DNA from: the human T2T-CHM13v2.0 reference genome, Homo sapiens
Length of the DNA stretch: 64,000 bases
NCBI RefSeq assembly: GCF_009914755.1
Contig: NC_060927.1
Reading direction: 5' to 3' (one strand)
Positions 43,185 through 57,022 of the stretch are shown here, in pieces. Within the stretch, counting starts at the first letter, position 1; every line of letters starts with the position of its first letter. The notes beneath the pieces are model-generated. The model was not told the origin of the DNA. It saw nothing but the letters and a program-made list of their open reading frames with translations, and did not search any database. Made by a program: the position numbers and the translations under genes.

Positions 43185-43910
43185 ATTATAGCAGACATAC
43201 AGAAAGTTACAGAAAACATAACTGTGCAGTTCAACGAACTATACAATGAATTTTTCAAAGCAAACACTCGCGTTACTACGACTCAGATCTAGAAAGACAA
43301 TATTACCCAAACCTCCAGAAGTCCTGCTAGTATCTTTACCAGTCAAAGTACCTCAAAGTTACCCATGATCTAACTTTTTTTTTGGAGATTTAAGAGTTTT
43401 TTAAAATTAGCTCTATGAAATTGCTGAAGTTATAAATCAATTACTTTTTACTTGATGAATTTGGTAACTCTTTTGACAGACAGGAATCATGCCATTGACA
43501 TTGCTCATAATATTAAACAAATGTAAGTCCATAAAATTCGTCATCTCCCCAGCATCTACTAGGTGTATGTTTTAGGTACAGGGATACGGCACATACTGCC
43601 TTACCAGACTTCTTTGTTATAATTATGAACCATATCAGTGATTCTCAACTCGAGCTAAATTTGCCACCCATGCCCCAGAGGACATATGCCAATGAACCAT
43701 GATCTAATTTCTAACACAGTTAAATTGTACTTGGTTTTGAACTTTATATAAATGAAATTTTAAAATCTGTATTCTTCCATGTCTGGCTTCTTTTTTTCAC
43801 TCAACATTATGTCTGTGAGATTTGTCTGTATTGTGGTGTGTACAATGAATATACTATAATTGATTTCTTTATTCTACTATTAATAAAATTTTCTGGTTCA
43901 CCATAACAGT
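43185..43910 (-). mobile_element. L1ME-type 3' end interrupted by a non-L1 insert (43374-43696)
   Basis: acatacagaaagttacagaaaacataactgtgcagttcaacg...aaagttacccatgatctaa resumes as ccatgatctaatttctaacacag...ttttgaactttatataaatgaaa...gtctggcttc...cactcaacattatgtctgtgagatt. Confidence 0.75.
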
Positions 43911-44064
43911 GATCATATAAAATTTCTCCTTTCAAATTCAATATCTACATACCGACCAGTTTTTATTGTTCTATTTACATTCTGATTTCCTGATTACTTC
44001 AATTAAAAAGATAAGTCTTTTGACTTGGATCTGTATTGCATGCCTTTGTACTTATAAAAGTATG

Positions 44065-44067
<3 letters not shown>

Positions 44068-44112
<45 letters not shown>
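44068..44112. repeat. Perfect (TG)n microsatellite, about 22 units
   Basis: Seen directly. Confidence 0.97.
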
Positions 44113-44113
<1 letters not shown>

Positions 44114-45839
44114 GTATTTTAACTACCCTAGATAAGGTACTTTACCAACCATCTTCTCTAAATGTAGTAAATTCTTCATCATATCATCAAATGCTTCTCA
44201 AAAGTCTCTTTACATGCCACATGTAAATAGTTCAGATTGATTAGAAATATGTTTCCACATGAAAGGGTGGTTATTTGTGGATATTTGTGGTTTCCAAATA
44301 TCGTCTATTCTTGTCCACCCTTCAACAGACCTCCTGATTTTGTTGAGGCTGATCGCTAATCTTACATGTGTTTTGTCTTTTCATAATATTACCACCTATG
44401 GATGAGCTTTTGTTCAATGTCTTTTTACCAGATCAGCACTCAACAGAAGACAAAAAATGTCAACCTCCACAGGTTAATAATCAAACACATGATGGCTCTT
44501 AACCAGCCGTGCTTACCAAAGGCCACCAAAAGTGGATTTATAGTATCTGTTAATAAAGAAGTTGGTCATTACTTCATGCTGTCTTCCTTATAATAAAGCA
44601 CCCCAAGGAGAAATCCCTATCAGAGCTTTGCTCCTAAACCAGCTGTACTTCTCCTGAAAAATTTGTCTGTTTTTATCTTAAGGAGGTATAATGTTCAAAT
44701 ATGGATTTCAGAACACTCAAAGGCAAAATTGTGACCCATGCTGACTTCTGTGGTTTTCATCTCATCCCTTCTACCCTTAAACCTAATCTTGTTTTTTACT
44801 CTTCTTTTGCTTATTTTTAACCTTCAATATTGTTGCGGCATTGTTACCTGAAATAATGTCCAGAATAAGGCAGAATGTAAAGAGGCTGAGAGGTGAGTTC
44901 CCCCTCTAGTACTGGTTTGGTTATTGAGTGTTCTTTCAATTCAGAAACACCATTATTTTAATCAGGATCCCCAAGTGAGGGTGGAGAAGTCATATTTTAT
45001 TTGCCAAATTTATCATGGCTATTTGAATTTAAAAGACACTATAATTGGTTCTCAAATTTATCTCTTTTTTTTTGCTTAAAAATTATATTTTCTTCTTTTA
45101 GGGATAATTTCAATAATTTGGCAGACAATTACTGAAAAGTATTTTTCCTTTAACATTTATAGCTATCATTCCATATTATTTTTTGATACATAAAGACATC
45201 TAAGATATTCTATTTTATAACATAAGAAATATTGGAGCTTACATTTGTATTGCCTTGAATAAAAAATAAAGTATCTATAGAAGGATTCAAAAGTCACTAA
45301 TAACAAGGGTTACCTGTTTGTGGGTTGGCAACTGGATAAATGGAGAAAAGATAAAGGAGAAATATTTAGCTGAATTCCTTTTTAAAATTTTTTGGATTTT
45401 GACACAGATTAATATATTTGAAATTCAAAAAGTTAAATGAAAAAATCACACTTAGAAAGTCCTCGAAATGATAGCACCTCTATCCCAACAAAACAAATTA
45501 TCATACATTGTATTTTTATATAGAACTATTTTATCTTATATAATGACAAATAATGAGAGTTGAAAAATCAAGCAGGTGAATTTATGTCAACATGCCACAA
45601 ATTTAAAAATAGAGTAATCAAATATATGTTATTTTATTACAGTCTTGGAAAATCCTCAAAAGTTTGTTGAAGGGAACAAACTTTTGCTGCTGGCCATGAA
45701 GGAGTAAATGGAACTGGACTTGTTTGTACACCATAAAAACTAGAAAACTAAACAAAAAATACACGAAACAATTTTCAAACATTGGGCAACAGGGCAAAGG
45801 AGGACATGTTTGAGAGGTAATAAAAAATTACCAGGCATA

Positions 45840-47870
45840 ACGTAATGGAGTACTATGCAGCTGTCACTTTTTTTTTTAATGAGAAAGACTGCTTTGAACT
45901 TATACAGAATGTTTTCCAGGGCATGTTTCTAAGTAAAAAAATGTAAGGCCCAAAGAAATTGTCTATATTAGATGATACTTTATGTAAGAAAGAAATATAA
46001 AATAAAGTACTACTGTCTGCTCATTTGCCTAATCATGAATCTCCATTTTCTTCATTCCTGAAGAATGAAATCAGGAAAAATTAACTAGAAATTAAAGAGA
46101 TTGGTTACCTACAGAGGTTTATTGGAAAGGCGTGAGAATGAGAGATAAGAATGAGGTAGCAGGGATGACAAGAGAGTGAAACTTTCTTGACTATGACTTC
46201 AATATAACTTATTCTTAGATCCATAGCAATGTTTCATATACCCTTCAACTACCCCAAATTAAGCAAATAATTAAAAGCAATTAAACATGAGGGTAACCCA
46301 AAATAGAATACAAACACTAGCAAATGAACCTAACTGTATTACGAGTAAATAACATCATCACACTGAAGTGTATGTGAGAAAAAAGAATTATCTGAAGTTT
46401 TTGGAAAACTGTATTTTGCCAGGATTATTTTGCCAGGATATTGCAAGGCTGAAGACAAAATAATTGTACATAAAAACCGTAATCTAGTAATTTTTAAAAA
46501 CAGTAATGTTTAGCAATTCTGAAACTACTTATGTTTATACTAGACTTGAACAAAAAAATAGATTGTAGATAATGAGAACCAAGGTTTCTTAATGTTAGCA
46601 AAATAATTTATAAAGAAGGAAAAGGGGAAGCCTAAAATAAACACCACATGGTATTAGATTAGTATCAGAGTTAACAATGTCAACTCATGGTTTTTAATAT
46701 ACATACTCATATCAAAATATAGATATGAGTATATTAGTGGGTTACTATGTATACATAAAATACCCAGCTCTGTCTTCTTTGAGGATCAGAGCAATGACAT
46801 CCCAATAACAATGAGAGTATATAAAATCCAGATTCTTGTCTCTAAACGTTTATTCAAATAAAAGGTATGAGAGCTCCTGGGAGAAGTGATTAATTTCAGG
46901 GTCGGGGAAGGGCAAATATAAAATGATCCAGGAACATTATGTGATGCCAGAAAGTAAGAAATGCTCAAGATGATAAGGGACAGTGAAATCTTGATGAAAG
47001 AACATAGGAGCCCTTCTGAAGGAGCTCTCAATGGCTAAAAGTAGACAAATTTTAGCAACAAAATTTGATTTTAACCCATATATAAATATTCATGAGTTCA
47101 TCCTGATATGGATAAATAACAGAATAAATAAATAAATATGGGAGAAAAGACAGTTCTTTCTTACAGCTGAATTCAAATTAATACATGTAGAATAACAGAA
47201 AGAATCATCATTATGGAAACACCATGTAGATACATTATGCAGACAAGGCAACATTAGTTAGTGAAAATTTGGGGAGAAACAAGATATGCGTAGTCTCATA
47301 GTACCTTCACCAAGAGACTTATTAATTACAAAGGCAAATGTAAGAACTTGCTGAAGAGAAGTCTGACAGACAAAAACATAACTCATGTAATCAATGGAAT
47401 AAGACCTTTGTCATCATGAACCACTGTATAGGAAGGACACATTATCATTTTTGTGGTGTCTTGACAATAATCTGTAGCATAGCTCCAGTGATGAGAAAGC
47501 ATTAGACAAACCCAAATTGAGGGACATAGTTTAAAATAATTGATTGGCACTCTTCAAAAGAGTCTTGGTCATGAAAGACAAGAAGACTGAGAAAATATTA
47601 CAGATTGGAGGAAAATTTAAAAGTAGGTGTAAAGTGGGATCCTGGGTAGGATCCAGAAAAAGAAAAAAAGAAGATGTAAGTAAAAACATTAGTGATTTTC
47701 AAATAAGACCTGTACTTTAGTTAATAGTATTATTCTATTCTTGATTATTGTACTATGGTTACAGTAAATGCTAAAATAAAGAAAGAATGGGCAAAGAGTA
47801 TAAGGAAAACATTTGTAGTATGTCTAAAACTTTTCTGTAAATCTAAAATTATTTCAAAACAAAAATTTAA
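45840..47870 (+). mobile_element. L1MC3/L1MC4-type long 3' UTR
   Basis: ccagattcttgtctctaaa, gtgatgccagaaagtaagaaatgctcaa, gacaaacccaaattgagggacat...ctcttcaaaa...gtcatgaaagacaag...gattggagg and an end aacttttctgtaaatctaaaattatttcaaaa. Confidence 0.75.
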
Positions 47871-48060
47871 CCTTGTAAAAATAAAAATTACCAACTATGC
47901 AAAGAGGTAGAAAATTGCAACTCATAATTGAGAGAAAACAAGTTAATTAAAATCAACTAATAATTGCCAAAGATGGTAGAATTATTGGAAAAAGATGCTA
48001 AAACAATCATTACAACTGTTCTCCAGATGTTAGAAAGTTGAGCAGGGACATGTAAGATAT

Positions 48061-48547
48061 TGAGAGAAGAGAGACAGACCCTCTCATATTGTTTTATACT
48101 CAGAAAAGGAAAGAGAAGCAAAACTAAAGGCAGATAGCCCGGCGCCTAGGAACCAGACCCGAAACCTAGGAACCAGACCCGAAACCAGGCCTAGGCCTGC
48201 CTGACCTAAGCCTAGTAGTTAAAGATTGACCCCTGACCTAACCGGTTATGTTATCTATAGGTTCCAGACATTATATGGAAAGGCATTGCAAAAATCCCTG
48301 TCCTGTTGTTTCATTCTCATTACCGGTGCATGCAGCCCCCAGTCACATATCCTCTGCTTGCTCAATCAATCACGACCCTCTCACGTGGACCCCCTTAGAG
48401 TTGTGAGCCCTTAAAAGGGAAAGGACTTGCTCACTCGGGGAGCTTGGCTCTTGAGACAGGGGGCTTGCCGATGCTCCTGGCCGAATAAACCCCTTCCTTC
48501 TTTAACTCAGTGTCTGAGGAGTTTTGTCTGCGGCTCGTACTGCTACA
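48061..48547 (+). mobile_element. LTR2C-like (HERV-E/Harlequin group, ERV1) solo LTR
   Basis: tgagagaagagagacagaccctctcatattgttttatactcag...cttaaaagg (TATA-like)...ccgaataaacccc...tgctaca (TG...CA). It is CpG-richer than its flanks and sits inside an old L1M. Confidence 0.8.
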
Positions 48548-48980
48548 GTAAGAGAAGTCTGAAATTGAACCTCTAAGATGAAAATTTTAATGTATGATAT
48601 GAATAATACTCTGGATAGAATTAATGGCAATCAGATACTGCAAAGGAAAATATCAGTGAACTTGAAGACATAGCAACAGAAACTGTTCAAAATGAAACAC
48701 AGAGAAGAAAGGGAACAACTTATAATTGCAGCCCTCATAATAGTCTTTATGGACATAGTTAACAAAATATGTTCAAAATGTGTTCACCGAAAACTATAAA
48801 ACACTTCTGAGAAAAATTGAAGATTTGCTTAATTCAATAGAAATAGATTCCAATTTCATGGATTGAAAAACTCAGTGTTATTTAAGTTTAGTTCTCTAAG
48901 AATTGTTCTACACATTTAACACAATTCAAATTAAAATCACAGTAAGTTTTTTTCCGGTAAAACTTGACAAGCTGATTTTA

Positions 48981-50662
<1,682 letters not shown>

Positions 50663-50919
50663 AAAATGTATTGAAAATGCAAAGGTCCTTTGTCAAAACA
50701 ATCTTGAAAAAACTTTAAAAAAATCTTTGTGAAGATGCACAAAGCATGGAATATAAAAAAATAATAAATGATAATTTGGACTTTGTAAAAATGAAGAACT
50801 TTTGGACTTCAAAAGATAATTAAAATGCAAGCTTAGATCTGGGAAAAATAGTCACAATATTTATATCTGTCATATTTCTGACAAAGATATTTTATGTAGA
50901 CTAAGAAAGTTTTCTTTTT

Positions 50920-53900
50920 TAAAAGCACTTTATTTTTTAGAGCAGTTTTAGTTTTACAGCAAAATCCAGAGGAAGGGAAAGAGATTTCCCATTTACCCCT
51001 TGTCCCCACAAATACATTGCCTCCCCTTTATTATCATCCCTCGCCAGAGTGATATAATTGTTACGACTGATGAACCCACACTGGCATATCATTGGCACTC
51101 AAAGCCAGTAGTTTACGTTAGAGTTCACTCTTGTTGTATATTCTATGGATTTTGCCAGACAAATAATGACACATATCCATCATTACACATATAGAGTATT
51201 CTCATGGCCCTAAAAATCCTCTGTGCTCTGCTTATTTATCCCCTCTACCCTAAACCCCTGGCAACCACTGAACTTTTACTGTCTCCATAGTTTTGCCTTT
51301 TCCAGAATGTCATATGGTTGTAATCATACAATATGTAGCCTTTTCAGATTGGTTTCTTTCACCTAGTAATAAGCATTTAATTTTCTTCCATGTCTTTTCA
51401 TGACTTGATAGCTCATTTTCTTTAAGTACTGAATAATATTTTATTGTCTGAATGTACCACAGTTTTTATTTATCCATTCACCTACTGAAGGACATCTTGG
51501 CTGCTTTAAGTTTGAGCAATTATGGTGGGAGCTGGGAGAAGCTGCTACAAATATTCATATGCAGGTTTTTGGGTGGCCATAAGTTTTTAACTCCTTTGAA
51601 TAAATATCAAGGAGCATGATTGTTGGATTGTATGATATGTATAAATATGCTTAGTTTTATAAGGAACCACCAAACTGTCTTCCAAAGTGGCTATATGATT
51701 TTGCAATCCCATCAGCAACAGATGAGAATTCCTGTTGCTCCATATTCTCACTCATATTTGGTATAGTCTATGTTCCAGATTTTGGCCATTCTAATAGGTA
51801 TGTAGTGATACCTTGTTTTCATTCATATTTTCCTGCTAACATATGATGTGCAGTCTCTTTGTACATGCTTCTTTGCCATTGGATATATTCTTTGTTGAGG
51901 TATCTATTAAGGCCTTTGGCCCATTTTAAAATTGGGTTGTTTTCTGCTGAGATTTAAGAGTTCTTTGTATATTTGAAATGACAGTTCTTTATCAGATATG
52001 TGCTTTGCAATTATTTTCTCTGAGTTTCTGGCTTGCATTCTCATTCTTTTGACATTGTCTTTCACAGAAGTTTTTAATTGTAATGAATTCCAGCTTATCG
52101 ATTGTTTCTTTCATGGGTCATCTCTTTGTATCTAAAAGGGCATCACCATACCTAAGGTAATGTAGATTTTTCTCCCATGTTATCTTCCAGTAGTTTTATA
52201 GTTTTGTATTTTTAATTTAAGTCTATGATCCATTTGAGTTATTTTTGTGAAATGTGTAAGATCTACATCTAGATTTTTTTTTCATATACGTGCTCAGTTG
52301 TTCCAGCACCATTTGTTGAAAAGACTGCTTTCTTTGCTATATTTATTGCCTTTGCTCTTTTGTTAATAGATCAGTTGATTGTTTATGTAGGTCTATTTCT
52401 GGGCTTTATTTTCTGCTGCCACTAATCCACGATCCATTTGTCAGGTTGTTTTTTTCTGTTTTTGTTTTTGTTATTATTATTAATTTTTTTTCCAGTACCA
52501 TTCTGTCCTTATTACTGTGGGTTTACAGTATGTCTTGAAGTTGAGTAGTATCAGTTCTTCAACTTTGTTCTTCTCCTTCAATATTTCATTGACTATTCTA
52601 TATCTTTTTCCTCTTTGTATAAACTTTAGAATCAGTTTGTCTCTATCACAAAATAACTTGCTGGATTTTTTATTGGGATGATATTTAGTCTACAGATCAG
52701 GTTGGGAAGAACAGATATCTTGAAAATATTGACTCTTCCCAAAGATGGACATAAAATGACTCTTCACTTATTTTGTTCTTTGATTTATTTCATCAGAGTT
52801 TCTAAATTTTTTCTAGTATAGATTTTGTACATATATTGTCAGATTTATACATAAGAATTTATCTTTTTGGGGGGTGTTAATGTAAAGGGTACTATGCTTT
52901 TAATTGCAAGTTCCACTTGTTCATTACTAGAATATAGAAAACTGTTTAATTTTTGTATATTAACTTTGTGTCTTGCAAGTTTTCTATGATTGAGTATTAA
53001 TTCAAGGAGATTTTGGTGATTCCTTTATATTTTCTACCTAGACAATCATGTTATCTAAAAGCAAAGTTTTATTTCTTTCTTCCCAATCAATACCCTTTTT
53101 ATTTCTGTTTCTTGTTTTATTTTATTAGCTAGGACTTCCAATGCAATGTTGAAAAAGGAGTGGCAGAAAAGGACATTCTTGGCTTGTTTTTAATCTTAGT
53201 GTGAAAGCTTCTAGCTTCTCACCATTAAGTATAACATTAGTGGTACTTTTTTTGTAGATATTCTTTATCAGGCCAAGGAAGTTCCCATTACTTCCTAGTT
53301 TATTGAGTTTTTCTCATGAACGACTGTCGAATTCCATCAAATGTCTTTTTCTGCATCTGTTGACAAGATTATGTGACCTTTCTTTTTTAGCCTCTTGATG
53401 TAATGGATTACATTACTTGATGTTTAAATATTGAACCTGCCTTACAAGCCTGGGGTAAATCCCACTTTTACATGGTGTATAATTATTTTTGTCCATTGTT
53501 GGATTGAACTTGCTAGTACTTTGTTGAGGATTTTTGCATCTATGTTTATGGGAGATATTGGTCCAGCTTCCTGTAATGTCTTTGCCTGGTTTTGAATTTA
53601 GGGGAATGCTGGCCTCATTGAATGAGTCATCTCATTGAAGTACTCCATCTAGTTCTATCCTCTGAAAGATATTGCATAATTGCTATAATTTCTTCCTTAA
53701 GTGTTTGGTAGAATTCACCAAAGCCAGATGGAGTTGGCTACCTCCATTCCCCCAACTCAGTTAGGCTTGATAAAACTCCAACAGGTTACACTCTGGTTAA
53801 TTAGCTTCTCCTGAGGGCAAGCATTGTTAAAAACAGAGTGCTGTGGCATACCCTGAAATGGTTCCTTTTTCCCTCTCCATGCCAGAAGCATAAGTGACTT

Positions 53901-54278
53901 TTTCTCTGATATTTACTGTAAAAACATGGTAAAACTCACAAAAGTGAGGGGGGCTAGCAATGACTGGGTGCTCTGAAGTTATTAACTCTCAGATTGGTCT
54001 ACAATGAGCCTCCAGAAATTCATCAATTACAGTTCAGGTCTCCCTACCCTGGCACCAGCTCCCATTGTAGTTCCACTTATGAGTCTCTGCTCCAGGAAGT
54101 TGAGGCTCCTCTATTCACTTGTCTGCCTCTGTAATCTGGGGGGCAATGGCTTACCCTCTGTTTTCATTTTTCTTATGGATCTAAGAAGAGTTGCTGATTT
54201 TTCAGTCTGTTCATCTTTTTACTTGTTGTAAGGAGGGAGTAGCAATTTTCAAGCTCCTTACATGCAGAACCAGAAACC
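50920..54278 (-). mobile_element. L1MC1/L1MD-type LINE-1: 3' UTR and ORF2 (to about 53720) joined to a probable 5' UTR (53720-54278)
   Basis: actttattttttagagcagttttag...gatgaacccacactggcatatcatt...gtttacgttagagttcactctt (L1MC 3' end, reversed), then degraded antisense ORF2, then gatctaagaagagttgctgatttttcagtc...ttcaagctccttacatgcagaaccagaaacc resembling an L1MD 5' end. Confidence 0.8.
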
Positions 54279-54602
54279 ATAACTGTACAGGAGTGATTTT
54301 TCGATAAACAATCCAATGAAAACTGGGCAAAACATTTGAAAGACTTTTCAAAAAAAGAAATGTGAAGGATGATGTCTTTAATGCATTTTAGTATATGTAA
54401 ATTATACCCCAATAAAGTTTATTTAAGATACATAGGAAACATATCAGAGGATTATGTTACTCTAAAACTTTCTGACCTAAACTGTAAAGTCAATCAATAT
54501 ACTATGAAATAATATAAAGATTTCGATGCTTTTTATATTTCATTAAAATGTAACATACAATATCTAGATCTCAAGTTGGGCTTCAGTTGGAGCTAGATTT
54601 CC

Positions 54603-55010
54603 CTGTGTTACAGTCCAGTTAGGAAAACAAGAGTTTATGTAATATTGTTCATTAGACGAAATTCAAAATTTGGAATATTAGCTGTTACTAACCCTAAGAA
54701 AGGACAAAAAGAAGAGACAGTGGTTGCAGAGCTAGACTGGAACTTGATCCATGGCTGGAGTTACCTGGCAACAGTTGGGACCATGGAGGAAATGCTACCC
54801 TGAGGAAGAATAGAGAGGGGAAGAAATTCTCTGGCTGCTTCTTCCATCTTCCACCCCTCAACCTCGTTCCAGTGTCTCCTGTTGGTTGAGCAGAGTCAGA
54901 AGCAGATGGCAGGGGAACCTGGGAAATCCAGGTGGTGGATCTGCCCTCTGTGGTACTGGGTAAAGAAGGGAATGACCAGGAAATCGATCTGAGGGTAAAC
55001 AGGAAAACAA
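54603..55010 (-). mobile_element. Old ERVL-class LTR (LTR33/LTR78-like), family uncertain
   Basis: ctgtgttacagtccagttaggaaaacaaga start and ccagtgtctcctgttggttgagcagagtcagaagcagatggcaggggaacctgggaaat motif. Confidence 0.45.
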
Positions 55011-56054
55011 GCAGCCTACTTCCAACATGAGATGCTTCTTTTTACCCCAAGTGGTGAAGAGCCAGAGGAAAAACATGGGCTGTGTGGAAGATTTGAGGTT
55101 CTAAATCTTTGTTTTATCTTGACCTCCTTGAGCAAGATGAATGGGAACAAATCACTTTACTTCAAACACCTCCCAGAGGTGTTTTGTAAAACAATGAAAA
55201 TATGCCAAGAACTTATCACAGAACCAGTGCCAGATGAACACCAAGTAATTCATATGCTTCAAACATTACCTTGAAGGGTCATTCCACTTTGAGTAGAAAA
55301 TGAAGTAAACCACAAGTGAGAAGAGAACAAATATTTTAACATTTGAGCATTCGCTTTTGTGAAATTAAATAAAGCAGACTGATAGAACCACAGCCAAGGC
55401 ATTTATCTTTTAGAAATGCTGAGGTATCCCTAAGCAAATAATCAGCCAGAAAAAGTAAACATTCATTTTCCTGCCATTCTGGGGTGTGATCCTGATTTCT
55501 TCAGTTCAGCATATTTATGAGCTGCCTTGCCCTCTTTCCTGCATTCTCCCAATTCTTCCGTCTTTGCAGGATGCTGTTCTTTCACACATGTTGTTTTTGC
55601 TTAATAAAGTAATAACCGACACAATCTGCCCTCTCTACAGAGTAATTATGTTAGCCTGTTGTTATTGATTTTGTTGCTAAGGTCTGAGAATCTGCTAATG
55701 TGCCACTGTGGGAGTGGTGGGAAGGTCGTAGGGGAAAGCGTGTTCTTATAATTTTCCCATAAACCAGATGTTTTCTTTAACTCTTACATCTTCAAAATAT
55801 TTTCTCTTGAGAAAAAAAAAACAACAAGGACTAGAACGAGTTTAAGACACCAGCTCTTATTTTCTCAGCATACCACAAGCACATATAACTGAGTGTAAAG
55901 AATTTATTCTGTGGGCGCCTGTGTATCTGCTAATCATTTGATAAGCTACACGTATAATCAAGTAAAACCTGTTTCGTAAGTAAACTATATTCTTCCAATT
56001 TCCCAATGATTATGTTTCAATTACCATTGAAAACAATAAAACATTACCAAGGAA

Positions 56055-56702
56055 AGCATTACCACTGTAACATCATCCTGAATTTAGCAGGGTAAAACAA
56101 TTTTTATTATCTCACAGATTTTATGGATCAAGAATCTGGAAAAGACTCAGCTGGGGCTGGCACCCAGGTTCAGCAGTTGTTACTCAGAATGTGTATATAT
56201 GGCCTCCCTAGCAGGGCAGTTTCAGAGTCGTTAGATTTTCAGAGTGGTGGTGTCTCTCAGAGTGAGTATCCAAAGAAAATCAAGAGAATGTTGTGTGACT
56301 TTTATAGCTAGCTTCAGAAGTCATGTAACCTCATTTCCGCCATTCTCGGTTGCAGTGGTTCTCAACGAGGGGCAATTTTATTTTCCCATCTTCCCCCTTT
56401 GGGATGCATGGAACCACCCTCAAGAATGTTTGGCAGTATCTGAATACATTTTTAGTTTGTACAACTGAAGGTGGTGGGAGCTACTGGCATTTAGTAAGTC
56501 GAGCTCAATGATGCTGTTAAGTATTCTATAATGCACAATAAGAATTTTGTAGCCCAGTATGTCAATAGTGCTGAGGTTGAAAAACCCTGCTCCATTGGTT
56601 GAGGTAGTCATTGCCTGCCAGATTTAAGGGGAGGAAACATGGATTCTAATTCTGAAGGGAAAAGAGTCAGAAAAAATTGATGAACACTTAAAAACTGCCA
56701 CG
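56055..56702 (-). mobile_element. MLT1H-like MaLR LTR split by MER20
   Basis: ttattatctcacagattttatggatcaagaatctgg...gactcagctggg...cttcagaagtcatgtaacctcatttccgccattctc, continuing after MER20 as ccattggttgaggtagtca...cagatttaaggggaggaaacatgg...aaaactgccac. Confidence 0.7.
56353..56589. mobile_element. MER20 hAT-Charlie element
   Basis: cagtggttctcaacgagggg...tttggcagtatctgaatacatttttagtttgtacaactg...gctactggcatttagt...atgtcaatagtgctgaggttgaaaaaccctg, with degenerate TSD ctcggttg / ctccattg. Confidence 0.85.
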
Positions 56703-56774
56703 AAGTCCTGAATTTAACTTTTATCAAATTCAAACACCAAGTCTTCTATTAATTCAATTCCTAGGGGATACAAT

Positions 56775-57022
56775 TATTTTTGTTTAATTTTTGATTTTTG
56801 TGGGTAGGTGTATATATTTATGAGGTATCTGAGATGTTTTGATACAGGCATGGAATGTGAAATAAGCACATCATGGACAATGGGGTATCCACCCCCTCAA
56901 GCATTTATCCTTTGAGTTACAAACAATCCAATTACACTCTTTAAGTTATTTAAAAAAGTTATTGACTATTGTGCTATCAAAGATTAGGTCTATTCATTCT
57001 TTCTAACTATTTTGTGTACCTT
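56775..57022 (-). mobile_element. L1MA1/2-type 3' end fragment
   Basis: ttttgatacaggcatggaatgtgaaataagcacatcatggacaatggggtatccaccccctcaagcatttatcctttgagttacaaacaatcc. Confidence 0.85.

Noticed and set aside
46412-46439. 14-bp tandem duplication tattttgccaggat x2 (similar case: gagcataatt x2 at 58657-58677)
   Set aside because: Ordinary slippage duplications with no further structure.
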